A stretch of 64,000 nucleotides of DNA from Eledone cirrhosa (taxonomy: Eukaryota), in assembly GCA_964016885.1 (NCBI GenBank), contig OZ024755.1, positions 43,958,001 through 44,022,000 on the forward strand, written 5' to 3'. Positions 42,601 to 59,000 of the stretch are shown piece after piece. The position numbers and the translations under genes are program-made. The first letter of the stretch is position 1. Each line of letters opens with the position of its first letter. The notes below the pieces were generated by a model. That model did no database searches. It saw nothing but the letters and a program-made list of their open reading frames with translations, and had not been told where the DNA came from.

Positions 42601-45600
42601 ACTGTGTACCAGAGTTGACAGTACCAACATATACTGTGTACCACAGTTGACAGTACTAACATATACTCTGTACTACTGTTGACAGTACCAACATATACTG
42701 TGTACCATAGTTGACAGTACCAACGTATATTGTGTACCACAGTTGACAGTACCAACATACACCGTGTACGACAGTTGACAGTACCAACATATACTGTGTA
42801 CCACAGTTGAGAGTACCAACATAAACTGTGTACCATAGTTGACAGTACCAACATATACTGTGTACCACAGTTGACAGTACCAACATATACTGTGTACCAC
42901 AGTTGACAGTACCAACATATACTGTATACCACAGTTGACAGTACCAACATATACTGTGTACCACAGTTGACAGTACCAACATATACTGTGTACCACAGTT
43001 GACAGTACCAACATATACTGTGTACCACAGTTGACAGTACTAACATATACTGTGTACTACAGTTGACAGTACCAACATATACTGTGTACCACAGTTGACA
43101 GTACCAACATGTACTGTGTACCACAGTTGACAGTACCAACATATACTGTGTACCACAGTTGGCAGTACCAACATATAATGTGTACCTCAGTTGTCAGTAC
43201 CAACATATACTGTGTACCACAGTTGACAGTACCAACGTATACTGTGTACCACAGTTGACAGTACCAACGTATACTGTGTACCACCGCTGACAGTACCAAT
43301 ATATACTGTGTAACACAGTTGACAATACCAACATATAATGTGTACCACAGTTGACAGTACCAACGTATACTGTGTACCACTGTTGACAATACTAACATAT
43401 ACTGTGTACCACAGTTGACAGTACCAACATATACAGTGTACCACAGTTGACAGTACCAACATATACTGTGTACCACAGTTCACAGTACCAACGTATACTG
43501 TGTACCACTTTTGACAGTACCAACATATACTGTGTACCACAGTTGACAGTACCAACATATACTGTGTACCACTGTTGACATTACCAACATATAGCGTTTC
43601 CCACAGTTGACAGTACCAACATATACAATGTACCTCTGTTGACAGTACCAACATATACTGTGTACCACAGTTGACAGTACCAACATGTACCGTGTACCAC
43701 AGTTGAAAGTGCCAACGTATACTGTGTACCACAGTTGACAATACCAACATATACTGTGTACCACAGTTGAAAGTACCAACGGATACTTTGTACCACAGTT
43801 GACAGTACCAACATATACTGTGTACCACATTTGACAGTACCAACGTATACTGTATACCAGAGTTGACAATACCAACATATACTGTGTACCACAGTTGACA
43901 GTACCAACATATACTGTATACCACAGTTGACAGAACCAACATATACTGTGTACCACAGTTGACAGTACCAACATATACTGTGTACCACAGTTGACAGTAC
44001 CAACATATACCGTGTACCACAGTTGACAGTACCAACATATACTGTGTACCACAGCTGACACTACCAACATATACTTGTACCTCAGTTGACAGTACTACCA
44101 TATATTGTGTACCACCGTTGACAATACCAACGTATACTGTGTACCACAGTTGACAGTACCAACACATATAGTGTACCACAGTTGACAGTACCAACGTATA
44201 CTGTGTACCACAGTTGCCAATGCCAACATATACTGTGTACCACAGTTGAGAGTACCAACATATACTGTGTACCACAGTTGACAGTACCAACATATACTGT
44301 GTACCACAGTTGACAGTACCAACATATACTGTGTACCACAGTTGACAGTACCAATGTATACTGTGTACCACTGTTGACAGTAGCAAAATATACTGTGTAC
44401 CACAGTTGACAGTACCAACGTATACTGTGTACCACTGGTGACAGTACCAACATATAACGTGTACCACAGTTGGCAGTACCATCATATACTGTGTACCACA
44501 GTTGACAGTACCAACATATACTGTGTACCACAGTTGACAGTACCAACATATACTGTGTACCATAGCTGACATTTCCAACGTATATTGTGTACCACAGTTG
44601 ACAGTACCAACATACACCGTGTACGACAGTTGACAGTACCAACATATACTGTGTACCACAGTTGAGAGTACCAACATAAACTGTGTACCACAGTTGACAG
44701 TACCAACATATACTGTGTACCACAGTTGACAGTACCAACATATACTGTATACCACAGTTGACAGTACCAACACATACAGTGTACCACAGTTGACAGTACC
44801 AACATATACTGTGTACCACAGTTGACAGTACCAACATATACTGTGTACCAGAGTTGACAGTACCAACATATACTGTGTACCACAGTTGACAGTACTAACA
44901 TATACTGTGTACCACAGTTGACAGTACCAACATGTACTGTGTACCACAGTTGACAGTACCAACATATACTGTGTACCACAGTTGGCAGTACCGACATATA
45001 CTGTGTACCTCAGTTGACAGTACCAACATATACTGTGTACCACAGTTGACAGTACCAACGTATATTGTGTACCACAGTTGACAGTACCAACGTATACTGT
45101 GTACCACAGTTGACCGTACCAACATAAACTGTGTAACACAGTTGACAATACCAACATTATAATGTGTACCACAGTTGACAGTACCAACGTATACTGTGTA
45201 CCACTGTTGACAATACCAACATATACTGTGTACCACAGTTCACAGTACCAACGTATACTGTGTACCACATTTGACAGTACCAACATATACTGTGTACGAC
45301 AGTTGACAGTACCAACATATACTGTGTACCACAGTTGACAGTACCAACATATACTGTGTACCACAGTTGACAGTACCAACATATACTGTATACCACAGTT
45401 AACAGTACCAACATATACTGTTTACCACAGTTGACAGTACCAACATATACTGCGTACCACAGTCGACAGGACTAACATATACTGTGTACTACAGTTGACA
45501 GTACCAACATATACTGTGTACCACAGTTGACAGTACCAACATATACTGTGTACCACAGTTGACAATACTAACATATACTGTGTACCACAGTTGGCAGTAC

Positions 45601-46084
45601 CAACATATACTGTGTACCTCAGTTGACAGTACCAACATATAGTGTGTACCACAGTTGACAATACCAACATATACTGTGTACCACAGTTGACAGTACCAAC
45701 ATATACTGTGTACCTCAGTTAACAGTACCCACATATTCTGTGTATCAGAGTTGACAGTACCAACATATACTGTGTACCACAGTTGACAGTACCAACATAT
45801 ACTGTGTACCTCAGTTAACAGTACCCACATATACTGTGTATCAGAGTTGACAGTACCAACATATACTGTGTATCACAGTTGACAGTACCAACATATACTG
45901 TGTACCACAGTGTACACTAACAACATATACTGTGTACCACAGTTGACAGTACCAACATATACTGTGTACCACAGTTGACAGTACCATCATATACTGTGTA
46001 CCACATTTGACAGTACCAACGTATACTGTGTACCACAGTTGACAGTACCATCGTATACTGTGTACCACAGTTGATAGTACCAAC
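33700..46084. repeat. 12,376-bp higher-order tandem duplication, copy 2
   Basis: Identity to copy 1 starts after the mismatch 21323 C / 33699 T and ends at 33709 A / 46085 G. Rare variants recur in register, e.g. 'actaagggtat' at about 28008/40384 and 'tagcgtttccc' at about 31216/43592. Confidence 0.95.
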
Positions 46085-47220
46085 GTATACTGTGTATCAG
46101 AGTTGACAGTACCAACATATACTCTGTACCACAGTTGACAGTACCAAAATATACTGTGTACCACAGCTGACACTACCAACATATACTTGTAACTCTGTTG
46201 ACGGTACTAACATATACTGTGTACCACAGTTGACGGTACCAACGTATACTGTGTACCACAGTTGAAAGTACCAACGTATCCTGTGTACCACAGTTGACAG
46301 TACCAGTATATACTGTGTACCACAGTTGACAATACCAACATATACTGTGTACCACAGTTGACAGTACCAACGTATACTGTGTACCATTGTTGACAGTACC
46401 AACATATACTGTGTACCACAGTTGACAGTACCAACATATACAGTGTACCACAGTTGACAGTACCAACATATACTGTGTACCACAGTTGACAGTACCAACA
46501 TATACTGGGTGCCACTTTTCACAGTACCAACATATACTGTGTACCACAGTTGACAATGCCATCATATAGTGTGTACCACAATTGACAGTACCAACATATA
46601 CTGTGTACCACAGTTGACAGTACCATCTTATACTGTGTACCACAGTTGACAGTACCAACGTATACTGTGTACCACAGTTGACAATACTAACATATACTGT
46701 GTACCACAGTTGAAAGTACCAACGTATACTGTGTACCACAGTTGACAGTACCAACATATACTGTGTACCACAGTTGACAGTACCAACGTATACTGTGTAC
46801 CACAGTTGACAATACCAACATATACTATGTACCACAGTTGACAGTAACAACATATACTGTATACCACAGTTGACAGTACCAACATATACTGTGTACCAGA
46901 GTTGACAGTACCAACATATACTGTGTACCACAGTTGACAGTACCAACATATACTGTATACAACAGTTAACAGTACCAACATATACTGTGTACCACTGTTG
47001 ACAGTACCAACACATACCGTGTACCACAGTTGACAGTACCAACATATACTGTGTACCACAGCTGACACTACCAACATATACTTGTACCTCAGTTGACAGT
47101 ACTACCATATATTGTGTACCACCGTTGACAATACCAACGTATACTGTGTACCACAGTTGACAGTACCAACGTATACTGTGTACCACAGTTGACAGTACCA
47201 ACATATACTGTGTACCACAG

Positions 47221-50200
47221 CTGACAATACCAGCATATACTGTTTACCACAGTTGACAGTACCAACGTATACTGTGTACCACAGTTGCCAATGCCAACAT
47301 ATACTGTGTACCACAGTTGACAGTACCAACATATACTGTGTACCACAGTTGACAGTACCAACATATACTGTGTACCACAGTTGACAGTACCAATGTATAC
47401 TGTGTACCACTGTTGACAGTACCAAAATATGCTGTGTACCACAGTTGACAGTACCAACGTATACTGTGTACCACAGTTGACAGTACCAACGTATATTGTG
47501 TACCACAGTTGACAGTACAAACATACACTGTGTACGACAGTTGACAGTACCAACATATACTGTGTACCACAGTTGAGAGTACCAACATAAACTGTGTACC
47601 ACAGTTGACAGTACCAACATATACTGTGTACCACAGTTGATAGTACCAACATATACTGTGTACCACAGTTGACAGTACCAACATATACTGTATACCACAG
47701 TTGACAGTACCAACATATACTGTGTACCACAGTTGACAGTACCAACATATACTGTGTACCACAGTTGACAGTACCAACATATACTGTATACCACAGTTGA
47801 CAGTACCAACATATACTGTGTACCACAGTTGACAGTACTAACATATACTGTCTACTACAGTTGACAGTACCAACATATACTGTGTACCACAGTTGACAGT
47901 ACCAACATGGACTGTGTACCACAGTTGACAGTGCCAACATATACTGTGTACCACATTTGGCAGTACCAACATATACTGTGTACCTCAGTTGACAGTACCA
48001 ACATATATTGTGTACCAAAGTTGACAGTACCAACGTATACTGTGTACCACAGTTGAGAGTACCAACGTATATTGTGTACCACAGTTGAGAGTACCAACAT
48101 ATACAGTGTACCACAGTTGACAGTACCAACATATACTGTGTACCACAGTTGACAGTACCAACATATACTGTGTACCACAGTTGACAGTACCAACATGTAC
48201 CGTGAACCACAGTTGACAGTACCAACGTATACTGTGTACCACAGTTGAGAGTAACAACCTATAGTGTGTACCACAGTTGACAGTACCAACATATACTGTG
48301 TACCACAGTTGACAGTACCAACATTTACTGTGTACCGCAGTTCACAGGACCAACGTATACTGTGTACCACATTTGACAGTACCAACATATACTGTGTACC
48401 ACAGTTGACAGTACCAACATATACTGTGTACCACTGTTGACAGTACCAACATATACCGTGTACCACAGTTGGCAGTACCAACATATACTGTGTACCACTG
48501 TTGACAGTACCAACATATACTGTGTACCACAGCTGACAGTACCAACATATACTGTATACCACAGTTGACAGTACCAACATATACTGTGTACCACAGTTGA
48601 CAGTACCAACATATACTGTGTACCACAGTTGACTGTACCAACATATACTGTGTACCACAGTTGACAGTACCAATGTATACTGTGTACCACTGTTGACAGT
48701 ACCAACATATACTGTGTACCACAGTTGACAGTAGCAACGTATACTGTGTACCACAGTTGACAGTTCCAACATATAACGTGTACCACAGTTGGCAGTACCA
48801 TCATATACTGTGTACCACAGTTGACAGTACCAACATATACTGGGTACCACAGTTGACAGTACCAACGTATATTGTGTACCACAGTTGACAGTAGCAACGT
48901 ATACTGTGTACCACAGTTGACAGTTCCAACATATAACGTGTACCACAGTTGGCAGTACCATCATATACTGTGTACCAGAGTTAACAGTACCAACATATAC
49001 TGTGTACCATAATTGACAGTACCAACGTATATTGTGTACCACACTTGACAGTACCAACATACACCGTGTACGACAGTTGACAGTACCAACATATACTGTG
49101 TACCACAGTTGAGAGTACCAACATATACTGTGTACCTCAGTTGACAGTACTAACATATACTGTGTACCATAGTTGACAGTACCAACGTATATTGTGTACC
49201 ACAGTTGACAGTACCAACATACACCGTGTACGACAGTTGACAGTACCAACATATACTGTGTACCACAGTTGAGAGTACCAACATAAACTGTGTACCATAG
49301 TTGACAGTACCAACATATACTGCGTACCACAGTTGACAGTACCAACATATACTGTGTACCACAGTTGACAGTACCAACATATACTGTATACCACAGTTGA
49401 CAGTACCAACATATACTGTGTACCACTGTTGACAGTACCAACATATACTGTGTACCACAGTTGACAGTACCAACATATACTGTGTACCACAGTTGACAGT
49501 ACTAAGATATACTGTGTACTACAGTTGACAGTACCATCATATACTGTGTACCACAGTTGACAGTACCAACATGTACTGTGTACCACAGTTGACAGTACCA
49601 ACATATACTGTGTACCACAGTTGGCAGTACCAACATATAATGTGTACCTCAGTTGTCAGTACCAACATATACTGTGTACCACAGTTGACAGTACCAACGT
49701 ATACTGTGTACCACAGTTGACAGTACCAACGTATACTGTGTACCACCGCTGACAGTACCAATATGTACTGTGTAACAAAGTTGACAATACCAACATATAA
49801 TGTGTACCACAGTTGACAGTACCAACGTATACTGTGTACCACTGTTGACAATACCAACATATACTGTGTACCACAGTTGACAGTACCAACATATACAGTG
49901 TACCACAGTTGACAGTACCAACATATACTGTGTACCACAGTTCACAGTACCAACGTATACTGTGTACCACATTAGAAAGTACCAACATATACTGTGTACC
50001 ACAGTTGACAGTACCAACATATACTGTGTACCACTGTTGACAGTACCAACATATACCGTGTACCACAGTTGACAGTACCAACATATACTGTGTACCACTG
50101 TTGACAGTACCAACATATACTGTGTACCACAGTTCACAGTACCAACATGTACCTTGTACCACAGTTGACAGTACCAACATATACTGTGTACCACAGTTGA

Positions 50201-53035
50201 CAATACCAACATATACTGTGTACCACAGCTGACAATACCAGCATATACTGTTTACCACAGTTGACAGTACCAACGTATACTGTGTACCAGAGTTGCCAAT
50301 GCCAACATATACTGTGTACCACAGTTGACAGTACCAACATATACTGTGTACCACAGTTGACAGTACCAACATATACTGTGTACCACAGTTGACAGTACCA
50401 ATGTATACTGTGTACCACTGTTGACAGTACCAAAATATGCTGTGTACCACAGTTGACAGTACCAACGTATACTGTGTACCACAGTTGACAGTACCAACGT
50501 ATATTGTGTACCACAGTTGAGAGTACCAACATGTAACGTGTACCACAGTTGACAGTACCAACGTATACTGTGTACCACAGTTGACAGTACTAACATATAC
50601 TGTCTACTACAGTTGACAGTACCAACATATACTGTGTACCACAGTTGACAGTACCAACATGGACTGTGTACCACAGTTGACAGTGCCAACATATACTGTG
50701 TACCACATTTGGCAGTACCAACATATACTGTGTACCTCAGTTGACAGTACCAACATATATTGTGTACCAAAGTTGACAGTACCAACGTATACTGTGTACC
50801 ACAGTTGACAGTACCAACTTATATTGTGTACCACAGTTGAGAGTACCAACATATACAGTGTACCACAGTTGACAGTACCAACATATACTGTGTACCACAG
50901 TTGACAGTACCAACATATACTGTGTACCACAGTTGACAGTACCAACATGTACCGTGAACCACAGTTGACAGTACCAACGTATACTGTGTACCACAGTTGA
51001 GAGTAACAACGTATAGTGTGTACCACAGTTGACAGTACCAACATATACTGTGTACCACAGTTGACAGTACCAACATATACTGTGTACCGCAGTTCACAGG
51101 ACCAACGTATAATGTGTACCAGATTTGACAGTACCAACATATACTGTGTACCACAGTTGACAGTACCAACATATACTGTGTACCACTGTTGACAGTACCA
51201 ACATATACCGTGTACCACAGTTGACAGTACCAACATATACTGTGTACCACTGTTGACAGTACCAACATATACTGTGTACCACAGCTGACAGTACCAACAT
51301 ATACTGTATACCACAGTTGACAGTACCAACATATACTGTGTACCACAGTTGACAGTACCAACATATACTGTGTACCACAGTTGACTGTACCAACATATAC
51401 TGTGTACCACAGTTGACAGTACCAATGTATACTGTGTACCACTGTTGACAGTACCAACATATACTGTGTACCACAGTTGACAGTAGCAACGTATACTGTG
51501 TACCACAGTTGACAGTTCCAACATATAACCTGTACCACAGTTGGCAGTACCATCATATACTGTGTACCACAGTTGACAGTACCAACATATACTGGGTACC
51601 ACAGTTGACAGTACCAACGTATATTGTGTACCACAGTTGACAGTAGCAACGTATACTGTGTACCACAGTTGACAGTTCCAACATATAACGTGTACCACAG
51701 TTGGCAGTACCATCATATACTGTGTACCACAGTTAACAGTACCAACATATACTGTGTACCATAATTGACAGTACCAACGTATATTGTGTACCACACTTGA
51801 CAGTACCAACATACACCGTGTACGACAGTTGACAGTACCAACATATACTGTGTACCACAGTTGAGAGTACCAACATATACTGTGTACCACAGTTGACAGT
51901 ACCAACATATACTGTGTACCACAGTTGAGAGTACCAACATATACTGTGTACCTCAGTTGACAGTACTAACATATACTGTGTACCATAGTTGACAGTACCA
52001 ACGTATATTGTGTACCACAGTTGACAGTACCAACATACACCGTGTACGACAGTTGACAGTACCAACATATACTGTGTACCACAGTTGAGAGTACCAACAT
52101 AAACTGTGTACCATAGTTGACAGTACCAACATATACTGTGTACCACAGTTGACAGTACCAACATATACTGTGTACCACAGTTGACAGTACCAACATATAC
52201 TGTATACCACAGTTGACAGTACCAACATATACTGTGTACCACTGTTGACAGTACCAACATATACTGTGTACCACAGTTGACAGTACCAACATATACTGTG
52301 TACCACAGTTGACAGTACTAACATATACTGTGTACTACAGTTGACAGTACCATCATATACTGTGTACCACAGTTGACAGTACCAACATGTACTGTGTACC
52401 ACAGTTGACAGTACCAACATATACTGTGTACCACAGTTGGCAGTACCAACATATAATGTGGCATCAGTTGTCAGTACCAACATATACTGTGTACCACAGT
52501 TGACAGTACCAACGTATACTGTGTACCACAGTTGACAGTACCAACGTATACTGTGTACCACCGCTGACAGTACCAATATGTACTGTGTAACAAAGTTGAC
52601 AATACCAACATATAATGTGTACCACAGTTGACAGTACCAACGTATACTGTGTACCACTGTTGACAATACCAACATATACTGTGTACCACAGTTGACAGTA
52701 CCAACATATACAGTGTACCACAGTTGACAGTACCAACATATACTGTGTACCACAGTTCACAGTACCAACGTATACTGTGTACCACATTAGAAAGTACCAA
52801 CATATACTGTGTACCACAGTTGACAGTACCAACATATACTGTGTACCACTGTTGACAGTACCAACATATACCGTGTACCACAGTTGACAGTACCAACATA
52901 TACTGTGTACCACTGTTGACAGTACCAACATATACTGTGTACCACAGTTCACAGTACCAACATGTAACTTGTACCACAGTTGACAGTACCAACATATACT
53001 GTGTACCACAGTTGACAATACCAACATATACTGTG
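47221..53035. repeat. About 3-kb diverged tandem duplication (47221-50228 vs 50229-53035) with internal monomer gains and losses
   Basis: 'ctgacaataccagcat' occurs at 47221 and 50229 (+3,008). The offset then becomes +2,752 (ORF ends 47855/50607) and +2,816 (49137/51953). Confidence 0.8.
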
Positions 53036-56000
53036 TACCACAGTTGAAAGTACCAACTTATACATAGTACCACAGTTGACAGTACCAACATATACTGTGT
53101 ACCACAGTTGACAGTACCAACGTATACTGTGTACCACAGTTGACAATACCAACATGTACTGTGTACCACAGTTGACAGTACCAACATATACTGTATACCA
53201 CAGTTGACAGAACCAACATATACTGTGTACCACATTTGGCAGTACCAACATATACTGTATACCACAGTTGACAGTACCAACATATACTGTGTACCACAGC
53301 TGACACTACCAACATATACTTGTACCTCAGTTGACAGTACTACCATATATTGTGTACCACCGTTGACAATACCAACGTATACTGTGTACCACAGTTGACA
53401 GTACCAACACATATAGTGTACCACAGTTGACAGTACCAACGTATACTGTGTACCACAGTTGCCAATGCCAACATATACTGTGTACCACAGTTGAGAGTAC
53501 CAACATATACTGTGTACCACAGTTGACAGTACCAACATATACTGTGTACCACAGTTGACAGTACCAATGTATACTGTGTACCACTGTTGACAGTACCAAA
53601 ATATACTGTGTACCACAGTTGACAGTACCAACGTATACTGTGTACCACTGGTGACAGTACCAACATATAACGTGTACCACAGTTGGCAGTACCATCATAT
53701 ACTGTGTACCACAGTTGACAGTACCAACATATACTGTGTACCACAGTTGACAGTACCAACATATACTGTGTACCATAGCTGACATTACCAACGTATATTG
53801 TGTACCACAGTTGACAGTACCAACATACACCGTGTACGACAGTTGACAGTACCAACATATACTGTGTACCACATTTGAGAGTACCAACATAAACTGTGTA
53901 CCACAGTTGACAGTACCAACATATACTGTGTACCACAGTTGACAGTACCAACATATACTGTATACCACAGTTGACAGTACCAACACATACTGTGTACCAC
54001 AGTTGACAGTACCAACATATACTGTGTACCACAGTTGACAGTACCAACATATACTGTGTACCAGAGTTGACAGTACCAACATATACTGTGTACCACAGTT
54101 GACAGTACTAACATATACTCTGTACTACAGTTGACAGTACCAACATATACTGTGTACCACAGTTGACAGTACCAACATGTACTGTGTACCACAGTTGACA
54201 GTACCAACATATACTGTGTACCACAGTTGGCAGTACCAACATATACTGTGTACCTCAGTTGACAGTACGAACATATACTGTGTACCACAGTTGACAGTAC
54301 CAACGTATATTGTGTACCACAGTTGACAGTACCAACGTATACTGTGTACCACAGTTGACCGTACCAACATATACTGTGTAACACAGTTGACAATACCAAC
54401 ATTATACTGTGTACCACAGTTGACAGTACCAACGTATAATGTGTACCACTGTTGACTGTACCAAGGGTATACTGTGTACCACACTTGACAGTACCAACAT
54501 ATAACGTGTACCACAGTTGGCAGTACCATCATATACTGTGTACCACAGTTGACAGTACCAACATATACTGTGTACCACAGTTGACAGTACCAACATATAC
54601 TGTGTACCATAGTTGACAGTACCAACGTATATTGTGTACCACAGTTGACAGTACCAACATACACCGTGTACGACAGTTGACAGTACCAACATATACTGTG
54701 TACCACAGTTGAGAGTACCAACATAAACTGTGTACCATAGTTGACAGTACCAACATATACTGTGTACCACAGTTGACAGTACCAACATATACTGTGTACC
54801 ACAGTTGACAGTACCAACATATACTGTATACCACAGTTGACAGTACCAACATATACTGTGTACCACAGTTGACAGTACCAACATATACTGTGTACCACAG
54901 TTGACAGTACCAACATATACTGTGTACCACAGTTGACAGTACTAACATATACTGTGTACTACAGTTGACAGTACCAACATATACTGTGTACCACAGTTGA
55001 CAGTACCAACATGTACTGTGTACCACAGTTGACAGTACCAACATATACTGTGTACCACAGTTGGCAGTACCAACATATAATGTGTACCTCAGTTGTCAGT
55101 ACCAACATATACTGTGTACCACAGTTGACAGTACCAACGTATACTGTGTACCACAGTTGACAGTACCAACGTATACTGTGTACCACCGCTGACAGTACCA
55201 ATATATACTGTGTAACACAGTTGACAATACCAACATATAGTGTGTACCACAGTTGACAGTACCAACGTATACTGTGTACCACTGTTGACAATACTAACAT
55301 ATACTGTGTACCACAGTTGACAGTACCAACATATACAGTGTACCAAGGTTGACAGTACCAACATATAATGTGTACCACAGTTGACAGTACCAACGTATAC
55401 TGTGTACCACTTTTGACAGTACCAACATATACTGTGTACCACAGTTGACAGTACCAACATATACTGTGTGCCACTGTTGACATTACCAACATATAGCGTT
55501 TCCCACAGTTGACAGTACCAACATATACAATGTACCTCTGTTGACAGTACCAACATATACTGTGTACCAGAGTTGACAGTACCAACATGTACCGTGTACC
55601 ACAGTTGACAGTACCAACGTATACTGTGTACCACAGTTGACAATACCAACATATACTGTGTACCACAGTTGAAAGTACCAACGGATACTTTGTACCACAG
55701 TTGACAGAAACAACATATACTGTGTACCACAGTTGACAGTACCAACGTATACTGTGTACCAGAGTTGACAATACCAACATATACTGTGTACCACAGTTGA
55801 CAGTACCAACATATACTGTATACCACAGTTGACAGAACCAACATATACTGTGTACCACAGTTGACAGTACCAACATATACTGTGTACCACAGTTCACAGT
55901 ACCAACATATACTGTATACCACAGTTGACAGTACCAACATATACTGTGTACCACTGTTGACAGTACCAACATATACCGTGTACCACAGTTGACAGTACCA

Positions 56001-59000
56001 ACATATACTGTGTACCACAGCTGACACTACCAACATATACTTGTACCTCAGTTGACAGTACTACCATATATTGTGTACCACCGTTGACAATACCAACGTA
56101 TACTGTGTACCACAGTTGACGGAACCAACACATATAGTGTACCACAGTTGACAGTACCAACGTATACTGTGTACCACAGTTGCCAATGCCAACATATACT
56201 GTGTACCACAGTTGAGAGTACCAACATATACTGTGTAACACAGTTGACAGTACCAACATATACTGTGTACCACAGTTGACAGTACCAACATATACTGTGT
56301 ACCACAGTTGACACTACCAATGTATACTGTGTACCACTGTTGACAGTAGCAAAATATACTGTGTACCACAGTTGACAGTACCAACGTATACTGTGTACCA
56401 CTGGTGACAGTACCAACATATAACGTGTACCACAGTTGGCAGTACCATCATATACTGTGTACCACAGTTGACAGTACCAACATATACTGTGTACCACAGT
56501 TGACAGTACCAACATATACTGTGTACCATAGCTGACATTACCAACGTATATTGTGTACCACAGTTGACAGTACCAACATACACCGTGTACGACAGTTGAC
56601 AGTACCAACATATACTGTGTACCACAGTTGAGAGTACCAACATAAACTGTGTACCACAGTTGACAGTACCAACATATACTGTGTACCACAGTTGACAGTA
56701 CCAACATATACTGTATACCACAGTTGACAGTACCAACACATACAGTGTACCACAGTTGACAGTACCAACATATACTGTGTACCACAGTTGACAGTACCAA
56801 CATATACTGTGTACCAGAGTTGACAGTACCAACATATACTGTGTACCACAGTTGACAGTACTAACATATACTGTGTACCACAGTTGACAGTACCAACATG
56901 TACTGTGTACCACAGTTGACAGTACCAACATATACTGTGTACCACAGTTGGCAGTACCGACATATACTGTGTACCTCAGTTGACAGTACCAACATATACT
57001 GTGTACCACAGTTGACAATACCAACGTATATTGTGTACCACAGTTGACAGTACCAACGTATACTGTGTACCACAGTTGACCGTACCAACATATACTGTGT
57101 AACACAGTTGACAATACCAACATTATAATGTGTACCACAGTTGACAGTACCAACGTATACTGTGTACCACTGTTGACAATACCAACATATACTGTGTACC
57201 ACAGTTCACAGTACCAACGTATACTGTGTACCACATTTGACAGTACCAACATATACTGTGTACCACAGTTCACAGTACCAACATATACTGTGTACCACTG
57301 TTGACAGTACCAACATATACCGTGTACCACAGTTGTCAGTACCAACATATACTGTGTAGCACTGTTGACAGTACCAACATATACTGTATACCACAGTTGA
57401 CAGGACCAACATATACTGTGTACCACTGTTGACAGTACCAACATATACTGTGTACCACAGTTGACAGTACCAACATATACTGTATACCACAGTTGACAGT
57501 ACCAACATATACTGGGTACCACAGTTGACAGTACCAACATATACTGTGTACCATAGTTGACAGTACCAACGTATATTGTGTACCACAGTTGAGAGTACCA
57601 ACATACACCGTGTACGACAGTTGACAGTACCAACATATACTGTGTACCACAGTTGAGAGTACCAACATATACTGTGTACCACAGTTGACAGTACCAACAT
57701 ATACTGTGTACCACAGTTGACAGTACCAACATATACTGTGTACCACAGTTGACAGTACCAACATATACTGTATACCACAGTTAACAGTACCAACATATAC
57801 TGTGTACCACAGTTGACAGTACCAACATATACTGCGTACCACAGTTGACAGGACTAACATATACTGTGTACTACAGTTGACAGTACCAACATATACTGTG
57901 TACCACAGTTGACAGTACCAACATATACTGTGTACCACAGTTGACAATACTAACATATACTGTGTACCACAGTTGGCAGTACCAACATATACTGTGTACC
58001 TCAGTTGACAGTACCAACATATAGTGTGTACCACAGTTGACAATACCAACATAAACTGTGTACCACAGTTGACAGTACCAACATATACTGTGTACCACAG
58101 TTGACAGTACCAACATATACTGTGTAACTCAGTTAACAGTACCCACATATTCTGTGTATCAGAGTTGACAGTACCAACATATACTGTGTACCACAGTTGA
58201 CAGTACCAACATATACTGTGTACCTCAGTTAACAGTACCCACATATACTGTGTATCAGAGTTGACAGTACCAACATATACTGTGTATCACAGTTGACAGT
58301 ACCAACATATACTGTGTACCAAAGTGTACACTAACAACATATACTGTGTACCACAGTTGACAGTACCAACATATACTGTGTACCACAGTTGACAGTACCA
58401 TCATATACTGTGTACCACATTTGATAGTACCAACGTATACTGTGTATCAGAGTTGACAGTACCAACATATACACTGTACCACAGTTGACAGTACCAAAAT
58501 ATACTGTGTACCACAGCTGACACTACCAACATATACTTGTAACTCTGTTGACGGTACTAACATATACTGTGTACCACAGTTGACGCTACCAACGTATACT
58601 GTGTACCACAGTTGAAAGTACCAACGTATCCTGTGTACCACAGTTGACAGTACCAACATATACTGTGTACCACAGTTGACAATACCAACATATACTGTGT
58701 ACCACAGTTGACAGTACCAACGTATACTGTGTACCATTGTTGACAATACCAACATATACTGTGTACCACAGTTGACAGTACCAACATATACAGTGTACCA
58801 CAGTTGACAGTACCAACATATACTGTGTACCACAGTTGACAGTACCAACATATACTGTGTACCACAGTTGACAGTACCAACATATACTGGGTGCCACTTT
58901 TCACAGTACCAACATATACTGTGTACCACAGTTGACAATGCCATCATATAGTGTGTACCACAGTTGACAGTACCAACATATACAGTGTACCACAGTTGAC

